A stretch of DNA of 64,000 bases. It comes from Mobula birostris (Eukaryota). Where the stretch lies: the NCBI RefSeq assembly GCF_030028105.1, contig NC_092370.1:198134005-198198004 (forward strand), given 5' to 3'. The notes under the pieces were generated by a model, which was not told the origin of the DNA, searched no databases, and saw nothing but the letters and a program-made list of their open reading frames with translations. Of the stretch, positions 38,101 through 51,369 are shown piece after piece. Position 1 is the stretch's first letter. Every line of letters begins with the position of its first letter. The position numbers and the translations under genes are program-made.

Positions 38101-38527
38101 GAAAGCAATAGATCTGTGGAGACAAATAGCAGACTAAAAATTATCATCAAACCACCTCAGAGTCCGATTGAGATCTGATGAGCAAATAAGGGACTGTATT
38201 TGCTCATTACCATTGATTAACATAAATATTTTTGTTGGAAAGAATTATTGTTTCGTGCAGGTTTATGAGGACATAGTATTGTGTTTGATTTTTAAAGGGG
38301 GAAGATGTGTCATTATGTGTGTACATAATAAAAAATTGTGCAATGAGGGCGGTTCAGCTGGAACCGGAGGTGATGTCGGTGAGTTGGTTGCATGCTCTTG
38401 GGTCAAGCTGAAGCCAAGAGCTAGTCGCAGGTGCTCATGTGGAGCTGAAGCCAATTACTGTAAATAAATATATGTTAGTTTTACCCATGCTAAGTTTGTC
38501 TTTATTAAGAACAAGCACAACAACGAT

Positions 38528-39067
38528 CAGTGGCCAATTTATTAGGTACGTCTGCACACCGGCTCATTAATGCAAATATCTAATCAGCCAGTCATGTGTC
38601 ATCAACTCAATGCATAAAGGCATGCAGTCATAAGAAAGAGGTTCAATTGCTGTTCAGACCAAACATCAGAATGGGGAAGAAATATGATCTAAGTGACTGG
38701 CTGTGGAAAGATTGTTGCAGACATACAGGGCGGTTTGAGTATCTCAGAAACTGCTGATCTCCTGGGACGTCTAGAAACTTTACAGCTCTACAGAGAACGG
38801 TGCAAAAAGCAAAAAAAAAACATGCAGTGAATTGGAGTACAATGGGTGAATATGCCTTATTAATGAGAGTGGTGAGAGAATGGCTGACAGGAAGGTGACA
38901 GTAACTCAGATAACCAATATTACAATAATAGTATGCAGAGGAGCATCTCTCAGCACACAGCCTGTTGAACCTTGAAGTGGATGGGCTGCAGCAGCAGAAG
39001 ACCCAAACATACACTCAGTGGCCACTTTATTAGGTATAGGAGGCACCTGATAAAGTGGCTACTGGTG
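38528..39067 (+). mobile_element. Tc1-like DNA transposon, non-autonomous deletion derivative
   Basis: Left TIR cagtggccaatttattaggtac; transposase N-terminus MGKKYDLSD...GLSISETADLLG; ends in TIR plus inverted TIR (39012-39067) followed by TA. Confidence 0.9.
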
Positions 39068-39120
39068 TAGAATTTAATCCTGGATGAACATCTGTTAAAT
39101 GGGATCCACACAGTAAATCA

Positions 39121-39655
39121 TAAATGCAAGAAAGCCTGCAGATGCTGGAAGTCCAAAGCAACAAACACAAAGTGCTGGAGGAACTCAGCAGGTCAGGCAG
39201 CATCCCTGGAAATGGATAAACAGTTGACGTTTTGGGCCTAGACCCTCCTTCAGGACAGAATAAAAACATGTGGGGAGGGGAATGAGGATATCTAGAAAGT
39301 GATAGGCAAACCAGCTGGATTGGAAAGCTAAAGGGCTAGAGAGAAGGAATCTGATAGGAGAGGAGAGTGGACCATAGGAAAAAGGGAAGGAAGAGTGGTC
39401 TCGGGGGAGGTGATAGGCAGGTGAGAAGAGGTAAGAGGATAGATTGGGGAATAGAAGAAGAGGTAGGGGGAGGGAAAATATTTTTTTACCAGAAGGAGTA
39501 ATTGATACTCATGCTATCAGGTTGGAGACTACCCAGATAAAGTGTTGCTCCTCAGCCATGAGAGTGGCCTTATCTTGTCACAAGATGAGGCCATAGACTG
39601 ACATGTCAGAATGGGAATCAAAATTAAAATATTTGGTCACTGGGAAGTTCCGCTT
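39121..39655 (-). mobile_element. Penelope-like element 3' part
   Basis: pLTR with degenerate hammerhead at 39221-39257; antisense C-terminal endonuclease remnant (tatcaggttggagactacccaga). Confidence 0.85.
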
Positions 39656-39779
39656 GCCAGAAACTTGCACATATCATAAAACTACAATCATTTTGTAATG
39701 ATGAGGCTGTCATCAGACTGAGCTGAGAAATTGGGGGTTTCAACCAAAGGCTACGGTAAGTATGGTTGCAGGATAGATA

Positions 39780-40795
39780 GCTATATCCCAAAGGAAATTA
39801 CAGTGTCTCAGTAGCATTACAAGAGCACAGATATAAATATTAGAAGAGAAGTAGAAAGAATAAAGAATATGGTACCTCAAACAGTCTAACAAGAGTGGGG
39901 TCAGCCTTTCCCTGGCTATAGGTTGACTCATTATAGAGCCTAATGGCTGAGGGTAAGAATGACCTTATATAGCGCTCTTTGGAGCAGTGCAGTTGTCTTA
40001 GCCTGTTACTAAAAGTGCTCCTCTGTTCAGCCAAGGTGGCATACAGAGAGTGAGAAACATTGTCCAGAATTGCTAAGATTTTCTGTAGGGTCCTTTGTTC
40101 CACCACAGTCTCTAGTGTGTCCAGTTTGTCTCCTAAAACAAAGCCAGCCTTTCTAATCAGTTTACTGAGCCTGCTGACATCACCCGTGTTGATGCCATTG
40201 CCCCAGCACACCACTGCAAAGATGATTGTACTGGCAACAACAGACTGGTAGAACATGTGAAGGAGAGGCCTGCATAAGCCAAAGGACCTCGGTATCCTCA
40301 GGAAGTAGAGGTGACCCTGGCCCATCTTGTCCACAGCCTGTATGTTGGTGCTCCACTCAAGTACCACAGCCATGTCCTGACCACCAATAGTCACAGGAAG
40401 CAATGCAGGCTTAGTCTTCCTTTGTTTTACTGATGTTGAGCTGCAGATGATTCAGTTTTCACCATTTGCTAAAGTCATCCATCATGTCCTTATATTCATC
40501 ATCCCGTCCTCCCTTTATACACCCAACTATTGCTGATTCATCAGCGAATTTCTGCAGATGACATGACTCAGTGTTGTATCTAAAGTCTGAGGTATACAGG
40601 GTAAACAGGAAGGGAGCCAATACAGTCCCCTGTGGGACCCCAGTGCTGCTTAGAGCCATGTCTGACACACAGCTCTGAAGCTGCACAAACTGTGGTCTGC
40701 CAGTCAGGTAGTTCATTATTCAGGATACAGTGGAAGTGCCAACCTGTATTGAATGGAGCTTTGCCCCCAGCAATGAGGGCTGTATGGTTTTGAAG
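39780..40795 (-). mobile_element. Rex1/Babar LINE RT fragment
   Basis: YLTGRPQFVQL...TGVPQGTVLAPFLFTLYT...KFADES; FYQSVVASTIIFAVVCWG; RSFLPSAIRLYN. Confidence 0.92.
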
Positions 40796-41619
40796 CAGAA
40801 ATGACTAGTAAATAATACAGTGCCAATACAAATCTGCAACTGCTGCTTACACCATAAAACTGGTCCTTTTAATGTCTGTCTCAGGAGTTATTTTCTCAGT
40901 AGTTAAGATTTAAAATATTGTACATATTGGATGTCAGATTTGGATGTCATCAACAAGCGGAGAGAGAATTGCGCCTTCTCCGAATCTGATGAAGTGCAGA
41001 GGCGCCAGTGCAGACATCATATTTGTATTGAACTAAAACCATGCAGCAATGCACTTCATTATAGCTGATGCCATCCACTTCAGCTGCTCTAATTCACTTG
41101 CTACATGCATTCCACAAGAACTAAAATAATGGTGAAGAGATGTCATTTTTTTCTAATTACATCAAAAGGTGACTTGCTTCAAGGTACGTCAGTTGAACAA
41201 TACGGACGAGAACTCTTCCATCTCATCGTTCATTGTCCCTGGGTAATGGTGCATTCAGAGCTCATCGCCAATGTTATAAAACGCTAAGCTGTATCTTAAT
41301 TACCAGTTGACTCACTGGAATCAGAACAACCTGAGGTATATTTTTAATTTTTAATAACCATCTTAAACAGAAAATGTCAGCATTTTTTTGCATGCTGTAT
41401 TATTTGAAGAAAATTTTGACACTGGTGAGTAGTTGCAGTAACTCATTTATCCTTGGGATATGCTAACACTTTTATAACCCATCCCTTTTCATTTTGTTCT
41501 ACTTGGACTCACAGTGAATGTGCCTCCACATTAGTGCTGGGTAAGAAAAAGCAAAAATTTGATCTTATGATGATGAAGGAAGAGCAATTTGTGTCCAAGG
41601 AGAGAGAAAAAATCTTAAC

Positions 41620-41865
41620 GCACTTTACTGTCAGTGAAAATCTTTGAGCTGTTTTAACTGCTGTAGAGCAGAAAATGCAATGGCCACTTTGTGAGCAGCA
41701 AGCACTCACAAACAAACCTGACAATCACCAGTTAATCTGTTTTAGTGATGTTGATTGAGAGATAAATCTTAACCAATAAAGGTTGTTCATGTCCCCTTGC
41801 TCTTTAAAATTTGGTGTCATCAGTGTAGCATCTCATCTGAGATTCAATACCAGTGCAGCAATACC
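41620..41865 (-). mobile_element. Ancient Deu-SINE remnant
   Basis: cagcaagcactcacaaaca...ccagttaatctgttttagtgatgttgattgagagataaat matches the antisense SacSINE1-like body. Confidence 0.65.
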
Positions 41866-42869
41866 ATGTTAGTCTGTCACAGAGAGGTAACGGAGTTATG
41901 TGATATCTGACTTGCTTGAAGGAAAATGTGGAAGGTCTTGAAGGCCTTGCAGAAGTAGGTTTGCTGAGTTCCAAACAAGGTATTTCTGATTACTTGCTAC
42001 TGCCACTGTGTACCTGTAACAAAGGAGGATGGGTTTATCTAGAATGGAGGGAATAATCAGGGGAACTTTCCTCTCCTGGATAGGTCACACCCCTCTACAC
42101 CGGCACAATACACAAGCCCGATACTCCTGGAAATTGCAGTGCAGAGACTTTGGGTGAATTAGATGAATCTATTATCACTGATCATCCTACCTTTCTCCTG
42201 CTCCTAAGACCATATTGTTGATAAAAAATGTTTTGGGCTTTGTCAGAAATGCCCTTCCACTGATGATTTTTTTTGCAGCACCTGCAGATTTTTGATCTTC
42301 TTTGACTGATTTTTGTGTTGTTGACATAGCCAGCCCCTAGCTAATGCTGATCCCTGGGTTACTGACTGGATATTAATGCTGCAGGCACAACTATGGCCAA
42401 GTGAGTAGTGCTTGGGTCTTGATGGAAATGATAACCAGGTGCTTATGCAGTGCGAATGTTATCCAGCAATGTTAGTCCTCCTGATCTCGTAGTAGAGGAA
42501 AGGTCATCAGTCAATTAGCTGGAATTGATTAAACCATGATATTACTCTGAGAAACTCCCAGGGAATACTTGAGATCTGTGATGATTGGCTTTCTGCAACC
42601 GTCACCTTTTTCCCAGATGCTAGGCGTGATTTTCGTCAGAGTGTGCCTTCCTTTTGACTTGCATTGTCTTTGTCAAAATGGATCAAATGCAGTGACTTCT
42701 CCTATTGGCCAGTGCTTGCAGCCATGTCTCATGATAAGGGGAGGCAAATGGCTCGACAGTAACTGAATTGAGTAAAACTGAGGAGATGATTCCATTGGAA
42801 TTGCACCCCATTGCACTGTTGACTCCTTCCACTGCTTTCTTGCTGTGTGGGAAGAGGCAAAGTCAACAG

Positions 42870-43300
42870 CAACAACAAGCATTTAAATAACACCTTTAAC
42901 ATATAAAATTAAAATACTTATGAGATTTGTAAAATGGAAGTTTGACACTAGACTACATGAGATGTTAAAGCTGATGACCAAAAAACACAGGCAGGGCAGC
43001 AGTGGTTTTTTAGGGACATTTTAAAAAATAAGAGAGGTGATGAGTTTAAGTGTGGAATTTTGGAAGCTGGTGTTCTTGGCCGCTGAAGTGTGTGAACATT
43101 TACAATCAGGTGTGTGCCAGCAGCAAGAAAGTAAAGGAACACAGATATCTGAGGGCTGAAGCTCTGGAGGAGGTGATTAGAAAGGACAGAGTCATGTCAC
43201 AGTGGTATTTGAAAACAAGGAACAGAACTGTAAAGTCACGGAATTGTTGTGAGGACTTAAGACCATGTTCTTGGTCTTTTGTGCATTAGAATGAAAGCCA
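42870..43300 (-). mobile_element. Old L2 LINE 3' end
   Basis: aacaacaagcatttaaataacacctttaac...tttgacac...gatgaccaaaa is an antisense L2-like tail. Confidence 0.55.
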
Positions 43301-43681
43301 GTGAAGTCAGTAATGCTGGGTTAGATTTTTCACTGCTCCAGACTCTCTATTCCTGCTCACTTAAATGCATTGGATCAAATTGGTGAGGGTCACCTTTTCA
43401 GCAGCAGAGGCTTCAGCTGTGATATAGCTGGTACTTACAACCTCTTCTGTGCCAAGGTTCAACATTGCTTAATGTCATTTCCAGTATACAAATGTAAAGG
43501 AGAACAAAATAATTGTCACTCCCGGTCCAAAGCAGGACCAAAAAAAAACACAAGATAAAGAACACAATAATTAAAAACACAATACATATAAATACATGGT
43601 TGCATTTAGTGAAACAATTATTTGCATTCTAACGTCAGAGAAGTTATACACAGAGCTTAACTGAAAGCTGATGTTTGAGGT

Positions 43682-43756
43682 ATTCACACACAAAATACTG
43701 GAGGAAATCTGCATTGAACAGTCAACATTTCGGGCCAAAACCCTTCTTCAAAACTA
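43682..43756 (-). mobile_element. 75-bp Penelope pLTR/hammerhead mini-insert
   Basis: TSD GTTTGAGGT 43673-43681 / 43757-43765; cagtcaacatttcgggccaaaacccttcttca is an antisense hammerhead remnant. Confidence 0.75.
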
Positions 43757-43949
43757 GTTTGAGGTGCTGTAAGGAGGCAATGGTCTTAAATTCAATGTGA
43801 TCAGTGTTCCTTGACTGTTGAATTTTGAACTCCAGCCTTTCCTAATCTTTTAACTATCTCCCTTTTCTGTCTGAAAATTATCCTTAAATTGATGTAGCTA
43901 TTAAAATTAGTAGCTTTTCAGTCATATACTAAACCTTCAAAAGAGAGTA

Positions 43950-44125
43950 TAAAACACAAGAGATTCTGCAGTTGCTAGAAATCATGACAATATCTATCTC
44001 CAAAATGCTGAAGGAACGCAGCAAGTCAGGCAGCATCTATAGAGGGGAATAAACCGTCAATATTTCAGGCCTAGACCCTTCATCAGGACATTTTATACTC
44101 CTGACAAAGTGTCTCAGTCTAAAAC
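43950..44125 (-). mobile_element. Penelope pLTR fragment with short inverted hammerhead copy
   Basis: Antisense motif at 44056-44089 followed by sense tcctgacaaagtgtctcagtctaaaac (44099-44125). Confidence 0.7.
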
Positions 44126-44719
44126 TTTGAAGGAGAGAAAGTTATCATTTTTTCAATAAACATTAAAAAACGCTCTGAGGAGAAATTATCATAATATTTT
44201 TACCTGGGAAGGGCAGCAAAGGGTTTTGAGAGCTGTGTAATTCAATTTGCTTCATACAAAAGGCAGAATGATCTGTTTTCCTTCTTGTTGGTTGAACTGA
44301 AGTGCTTTCAGCTTATGAATCCAATTAACTGAGCTGGACTGGGAAGAGTACACACACAGCGAGGGACCTGTCGTATAGTTGGAGTGGACTGTGCTGTCAT
44401 TGTGGCTGCCAGTGCAGTGCTGTTAGTTTGCAGCATTCATTGTCTTCAGGTAACACATTCAAATATTTACAGGATGCCAGTCATTAGACATAATAAGATT
44501 TTGCTTCTGAGAAATGTGTGATAATAATTGGTTTAGGAGAACTTACCTCAGTAACTGTCTTTGGATTTAGAGACTTTTTAGTCCAAATATTTTTATAAAT
44601 TAATATCTAAGTAACACCTTGTGGCCAGAAATTTCCACTATGATAACATTATAGAATTTAATCAAAAATATGGAGTTGGAAGGACTTCTGGTTATTAACT
44701 AGACAATGGGGTGACCTGT

Positions 44720-45030
44720 TGGGGCAGCATGGCAGCATAAAAGTTAGCGCATCGCTCTGCAGCGTAAGCTTCCACCTGTTGGGGTTCAATTCCTGCTGCT
44801 TGAATGAGTTTTATGTTCTCCTCATGACTGTGTGGGTTTCCTCTGGGTGCTCCTGTTACCTCCCACGTATGGTTAGGGTTAGGGGCTTGTGTGCATGGCA
44901 CCAGAAGTATGGCGACATTGGGGGGGGGGAGTGCCACCCAGTATAATGCTCGCTGATTTGAGTTGACACAAAACAAAGCATTTCACTGTGTGTTTTGATG
45001 CTTCAGTGTACATGTGACAAAGAAAGCCGA
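44720..45030 (+). mobile_element. V-SINE with Rex-type tail
   Basis: B box ggttcaattcc; V-domain tgtgtgggtttcctctgggtgctcctgttacctccca; tail catttcactgtg...gtacatgtgacaaa. Confidence 0.8.
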
Positions 45031-45769
45031 TCTTCAACAAAAAAAAAATAGAGAAAATCTGCAGGTCCTGTTGAGTTCCTCCAGCATCTTGTGTGTGTTG
45101 CCTTCATTTTCAGTAAAGGTGATCTTGTAATATTTCTGGCTGCCAGCAGACAAGTGAGACCAAATGGTGTGCTGTGTGTGTTCTGATGTTATGTGAATAT
45201 TTGTTCACTATATTAAGAGTTCTTTGGATAGGGAAGCCCTTAACAATATAGGGTTAAAACCGCCTGAAAATTGCTTCTCTAAGGACAGCTTATGCCATTT
45301 GTAGTCCTGGTTCAATTGCTTCTTGGACTAACTACCCCATCCCAATCTGATCAACAGAACACAGTCCAATCAACCTTCTATACAACCTATGCTGAGCTCC
45401 TGATACTGGCCTGATAGTCAGATCAAGGACCACTAACAATAAGCTCTCCTCTTTACTAATTAAGAAGTGCCCTGGTCCCATCTCTATTTCAAATCTGACT
45501 TTAATTTATCAGGTGTTGCTCTATCCATACGCTATGACATTTTCTTTTAGCCTAGCGAGTTCTCTCTCACATCACACTGTAGTTATGTTGGTGGACTGAT
45601 AATGACCAATGATGAAATCACACTAGAAAAGAAATCTAAATTAATTTATTAATTTGAAAGTTGTCAGTCGCAGAACTACAGTTTGTCATAAAAATCTATC
45701 TGATTAATGTCCTTCAGGGAAGGATTTCTACCTGGATCAAACTCCAGGTCAACTGTTTGCAACTTTGCA

Positions 45770-46714
45770 ACTGTACACCCATGATTGTGTAGCCAAATTT
45801 CCATCGAACTCAATACTGTATATAAGTTTGCTGATGACACCACAATTGTAGGCCTTATCTCGGGTAATGATGAGTTTGAGTACAGAGAGGAAACTAAGAA
45901 CCTGGTGGCATGGTGCGAAGACAATAACCTATCCCTCAACGTCAGCAAGATGAAGGAATTGGTTGTTGACTTCAGAAGGAGTAGAGGACCGCACGACCCA
46001 ATTTACATCGGTGGTGCGCAAGTGGAACAGGTCAAAAGCTTTAAGTTCCTCGGGGTCAATATCACAAATGACCTGACTTGGTCCAACCAAGCAGAGTCCA
46101 CTGCCAAGAAGGCCCACTAGCGCCTTTACTTCCTGAGAAAACTAAAGAAATTTGGCCTTCCCCTAAAACCCTCACTAATTTTTATAGATGCACCGTAGAA
46201 AGCATTCTTCTAGGGTGTATCACAACCTGGTATGGAAGTTGTCCTGTCCAACACCGGAAGAAGACGTGAACACAGCCCAGCACATCACACAAACCAATCT
46301 TCCACCCTTGGACTCACTTTACACCGCACGCTGTCGGAGCAGTGCTGCCAGGATAATCAAGGACATGACCCACCCAGCCAACACACTTTTTGTCCCTCTT
46401 TCCTCCAGGAGAAGGCTCAGGAACTTGAAGACTCGTACGGCCAGATTTGGGAACAGCTTCTTTCCAACTGTGATAAGACTGCTGAACGGATCCTGACCCG
46501 GATCTGGGCCGTACCCTCCAAATATCCAGACCTGCCTCTCAGTTTTTTTGCATTACCTTACTTTCCATTTTCTATTTTCTATTTATGATTTATAATTTAA
46601 ATTTTTAATATTTACTATCAATTTGTACTCCAGGGAGTGCAAAGTGCAGAATCAAATATCGCTGTGATGATTGTACGTTCTAGTAGCAATTGTTTGGCGG
46701 CAATAAAGTATAAA
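45770..46714 (+). mobile_element. Rex1/Babar LINE 3' fragment
   Basis: YKFADDTTIVGLIS, KELVVDFRR, FKFLGVNIT, FYRCTVESILLGCITTWYG, NSFFPTVIRLLN; tail aataaagtataaag. Confidence 0.93.
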
Positions 46715-47382
46715 GTTCTTGCAAGCTGCTCAATTCAAAAAATTCTGTTGTGAAAGGAGAAAAAAAACTCTTAATGTGGTGGCCAGAAATGAACACGTTA
46801 ACCCAGCATTTGTGTAGTTACAGTATAGTGTTTTATTTTGCCCTGAAAGTATGGCATTCTGATTATTTTATCTACCTGCCCTGCTATCTTTGGAGATTTA
46901 ATTTCTCCTCATTTCCTTTGAACTACAATTCATTATAAAATCCCAAATATATAAAGGCAAAATACCATTTACCACTTTTTTGCCAACAGAAACTTCCTGA
47001 AACTTACCACAGCTTTATTCTTCGCTGTTAACCACACAAAAAAGTATTGTGTTATCTACAAGCCTTTTTATCATTCTCCTACATTTAAGTCAAAACCATC
47101 AACATGATCACAAATTCTAAACACTCCATCTTTGTAAACAGTACTTGTCACCCATCCTAACAAGGTCTCTAAGAATTCCATGCTTTTCATGGAATCTCTC
47201 TCTCATTCCTTTTAATACAGAGAATATAGGCACCTTCTCATCTCCGGATCAATCCACTGGACCTTTGTTGCAGTCCCTTTAACACAAGTATATCCTTCTA
47301 TGTATAAGGAGAGCAAAACTGTAGACTGAACAGCAGATGGGATGTCACCAAAATCTAAGTCAATTGTAGCAAAACTTGGCTT

Positions 47383-48604
47383 CATGTGTGGTAGATCATG
47401 TCTAACAAATCTTATAGAGTTTTTTTGAGGAAGTTACCAGGAATGTGGATGAAGGCAAGGCAGTGGATGTTGTGTACATGGACTTTAGTAAGGCATTTGA
47501 TGAGGTCCCACATGGGAGGTTGCTCAAGAAGGTTCAGTCACTCGGCATTCAAGATGAGGTAGTGAATTGGATTAGACATTGGCCTTGTGGGAGAAGCCAG
47601 AGAGTGGTAGCAGATGCTTGCCTGTCTGACTGGAGGCCTGTGACTAGTGACGTGCCACAGGGATTAGTGCTGGGTCCATTGCTGTTTGTTATCTGTATCA
47701 ATGATCTGGATGATAATGTGGTTAACTGGATCAGCAAATTTGCAGTCAATGCCAAGACCGGGGGTGGCTTGCAGAGGGATCTATATCAGTTGAATAAATG
47801 GGCTGAAAAATGGCAAATGGAATTTAATGCTGCCAAATGCCTGGTGTTGCACTTTGGCAGGACCAACCAGAGTAGGGCTTACACAGTGAATGGTAGGACA
47901 CTGAGGAGTGCTGTAGAACAAAGAGATCTGGGAATACATTGAAAGTGGCATCACAGGTAGATAGTGTCCTAAAGAAAGCTTTTGGCACATTGGTCTTCAG
48001 AAAACAAAGTACTGAGTACAGGAAACGGGATGTTATATTGAAATTGTATAAGACATGGGTGAGGCCTAATTTGAAGTATTGTGTGTAGTTTTGGTCACCT
48101 ACCTAAAAGAAAGATGTAAATAAGGTTAAAAGAGTACCCAGAAGATTTACAAGGATGTTGCTTGGGACTGGAGGACCTGATTTATAAGGACACATTGAAT
48201 AGGTTAGGAGTTTATTCCTTGGAATGTGGAGGATTGAGGGGAGATTTGATAGAGGTATACAAAACTTATGAGAGGTATAGATAGGGTAAATGCAGGCAGG
48301 TTTTTTTTCACTGAGGTTGAATGGGACTACAACCGGAGGTCACGGGTTAAGGCTGAAAGGTGAAAAGTTCAAAGGGAACAAGAGGGGAAACTTCTTCACT
48401 CAGAGGGTCACGAGAGTGTGGAACAAGCTGTCTGCGCAAGTGGAGCATGCAAACTTGATTTCAATGTTCAAGAGAAGTTTGGGGAGTAGGGGTATGGAGA
48501 GCTATGGTCCCAGTGCAGGTCGATGGAGTAGGTAGTTTAAATGGTTTGGCATTAACTAGATGGGCTGAAGGGCTTGTTTCTGTGCTGTACTGTTCTATGA
48601 CTCT
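47383..48604 (+). mobile_element. 5'-truncated CR1 LINE inserted into an older minus-strand CR1 (about 47130-47370 and 48860-49270)
   Basis: VDVVYMDFSKAFDEVPH, VPQGLVLGPLLF; TSD AAACTTGGCTT 47372-47382 / 48605-48615. Confidence 0.92.
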
Positions 48605-49454
48605 AAACTTGGCTTTTCAGCAAAAGTTTGGGGGCTTTGGGTGTTGACTTTCCTTATAAATTGCCAATTACATTTTCACCATGGCACATACTAAGTGGCA
48701 TTGAATCTGAGAGTATCTTAGTAATCAATAACATCAGAGATAATAGAGGAGATAATATCAAGCAACTGAAGCTTGCCCTGTATTTCGGGGCATCTACCTC
48801 AGCGTTACTTTACTGTATTGTCCCAATTTCCCTTGATTCCTTTGATTCCAGAATTCAGTGTTAGTTTTGAATTAACTCAGTGATTGAGCTTCCCCTAGCC
48901 TCTGGGGTAGAAAGTTTCAGAGGGTCACCACTCCTGAATGTAAAAGCTTCTCCTCAGCTCCTTCCGAAGCAGCCTGCCTCTGAGACTAAAAGCCTTTATT
49001 CCAGATTCTTCAGTCTGCATCTAGTCAAGCTCTGTAAGAATTTTGTAAATTCAATGAGATTATCTCTTATTCTTCTAACTTCAAGAGAAAACAGGCTTGG
49101 TCTATAAGGAGTAATGTAACGTTTGCCTTTCTAGTTATTTGTTACATCCATTTCCAAAGACTTGCATGCAGGCACACCTAGATCCCTTGTAACAACCAAG
49201 AGCACCCAAACTCACCAATTTCCTTTCCTGTTTCATGCTCTGAAGTGGATGTTCTTGTGCATTCATGCAGCCTTGCCTACATTCCCTAGAAGGCTTAGGG
49301 TAACATTCTTCCCCTTGCCAGAGGAGGAAAGCCTGAACAGTTTGGATTAGTCTTTAGAATGCTCTCTCCATTCCCCTTCCGTCTGGTTAGATATACCTAC
49401 GTTTGATGTAGGTGTTGATCTGAACAGGAGCTATTAAAATCTTAGTGCCGTGTC

Positions 49455-50215
49455 ACTGAGTCATTGAATACAGCATGGAAACAGGTCCCGTTGCCCAACT
49501 TGTCCATACTAACCAAGGTGCCCACCAACCTAGTCCTGTTTGCCTATGTTTGACCCATATCCCTTCAGTCCATGTACTTATCCAAATGCTGTTATTATAG
49601 TTGTTTCAACCAGCTCATTCCATATACTCACTGCTCTCTGTGTGAAGAAGTTGTCCTTCAGGTACTTTTAAATCTTTTCCCTATCACCTTAAACTAGTTT
49701 TTAGTTCACCTTCCCTGAGAAAATACTATCCATTCACCCAATCTATGCCCCTCATTGTTTTATATATCTCTACAAGGCCACCCCTTGATCTCCTATTTTC
49801 CAAGGAGTAAAATCTTGCAGCATCCTCGTAGATCCTCTCTTGCACACTTTCTAGTTTAATGATGAATTTCCTATAACAGGGCAACAAAAACTCAATCCTG
49901 TCTGATCAAAGACTTGTACAAATGCAGCATAACATCCCACTCCTATACTCAATGCTGTGACTGCTGGAGGCCAGCATGCCAAATGCCTTTTTCACCATTG
50001 TGCAATGCTGCTTTTAGTGAACTCTGTACTAGAACCCCTAGGTCTCTTTGACCCACAACACACCCAGGGCCCAGCCATTCACTGTATAAGTCCTACCCCG
50101 GTGTGACTTGCCAAAATGTAGCAGTTCACACATTCAGATTGAAAGTCATTTGCCAATCCTTGGATCATTTATCTAGCTTTTTGAGATCCCCCTGAAATTT
50201 TTGATAACCTTTCTA
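49455..50215 (-). mobile_element. Decayed CR1 3' fragment
   Basis: Antisense tail gagtcattgaatacagcatggaaacaggtcc; ctctgtgtgaagaagttg (FFTQR). Confidence 0.8.
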
Positions 50216-51369
50216 AAATATAGCTGGAAAGGAAACTGTCATTGCAGAATTCTTTTAATGTAGATTTGATTTCAAAGCTGCTTTATCAGTTTCTTCCTAA
50301 TTACATACAGCACTGAGCTATTTTCTATGTCATCTTGTCATTATATGCATTAACTATATTATTCTTATATTTTCTGCTGTTGTACTGCAATCCAGTTTGC
50401 TGCAGGTTAATAAAGTCTAAACTCATCATATTATATTGTTCTGCTGAAGCAAGAAAATGTTAAAATACTCCCAGCGTTCCAAGAAGCTCCATGTATGAAA
50501 TGACTCAATGAGAACTTGGGTGATCTTTTAATAGCCTAATCTAATGAAACCATTTATAACTAGAGCACAAGTTTAAAATATGACCGGGCTAAATCTACTG
50601 TAGTAAAATCACTTTACATCAACATTAATTGATGAAAAAAAGTTGCAGGATTTGAAGGCATTTGTACTTTTAATGTGAAATAATGCCAAATTCAAAGAAT
50701 ACAAAAGTCTCAATCAACAACAGGAATGAATTGATTTAATTAAAATAGCACACTGTTGAAAATTACTGTCTCATTGGCAGCCTTAATCTGCGGCTGAGTT
50801 ATTATAATGGTGTTTGATTTTACTGTATTAGATGTTAGGTTGAGTGAAAGTTTGAAAAGTAATTGCACACCTAGATTGACCCACCACATCCTATTTCTCA
50901 AGCCCACCCCAGCTGGAATACAATTTTCATTTGTATAAAATTCAGTGTCTTATTGTGTGCATATAAAGTTCCTTCGGAATATACTTTAACTTGATAGTAG
51001 GTTAGCCATTATTTAATAAAAGAGAGCTTGGAAAAATGACAGTGACAAATCCAATCCCATAAAGAAGTTAGTGTTAAAGGTCAGTGTTGAGGTAAAATGT
51101 TGTATAGAAAGATCCAACAATACCAATAATGTGTTTGGTGTCTTGTGAATTAAAGAATATTTTCAAAATATTCAAAAGAATAATTAATTTTATCCTTTCA
51201 AATCTCCAGCAATTCTTGATCACCTGGAATACAATAAAAAGGAAAATTTCCTACTTTCTTGATTACCTATTGTTTTAATATTACAAAAAGTTTTTACATA
51301 CAGTTTGCAAAAATGAATCCACTTCACATGTGATTACAATTTCTCCAGAGTAATTGCCATATTATTTTC

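Larger units (their letters stand above)
33551..38522 (+). mobile_element. Full-length decayed Ty3/Gypsy LTR retrotransposon
   Basis: LTRs 33551-33785 and 38306-38522 (TG...CA); degenerate PBS at 33786-33801; PPT AAAGGGGGAAGA 38294-38305. Domain order: gag (FTGNLTDNWKRFK; LMLEKAVVMCRAAE), protease FKLDTGAQVNLL (about 35236), RT (YLDPRNLNKAI; FSKLNVSSRFWQ), RNase H (ADASQHSLGAVLLQ), integrase (HEGH...CEIC; VDLF; SDNGPQF; PKSNGLAE). Many stops and frameshifts. Confidence 0.95.

Noticed and set aside
33546-38527. TSD for the Gypsy element
   Set aside because: ACACT versus ACGAT match at only 3 of 5 positions, and a Tc1 element abuts the right end.
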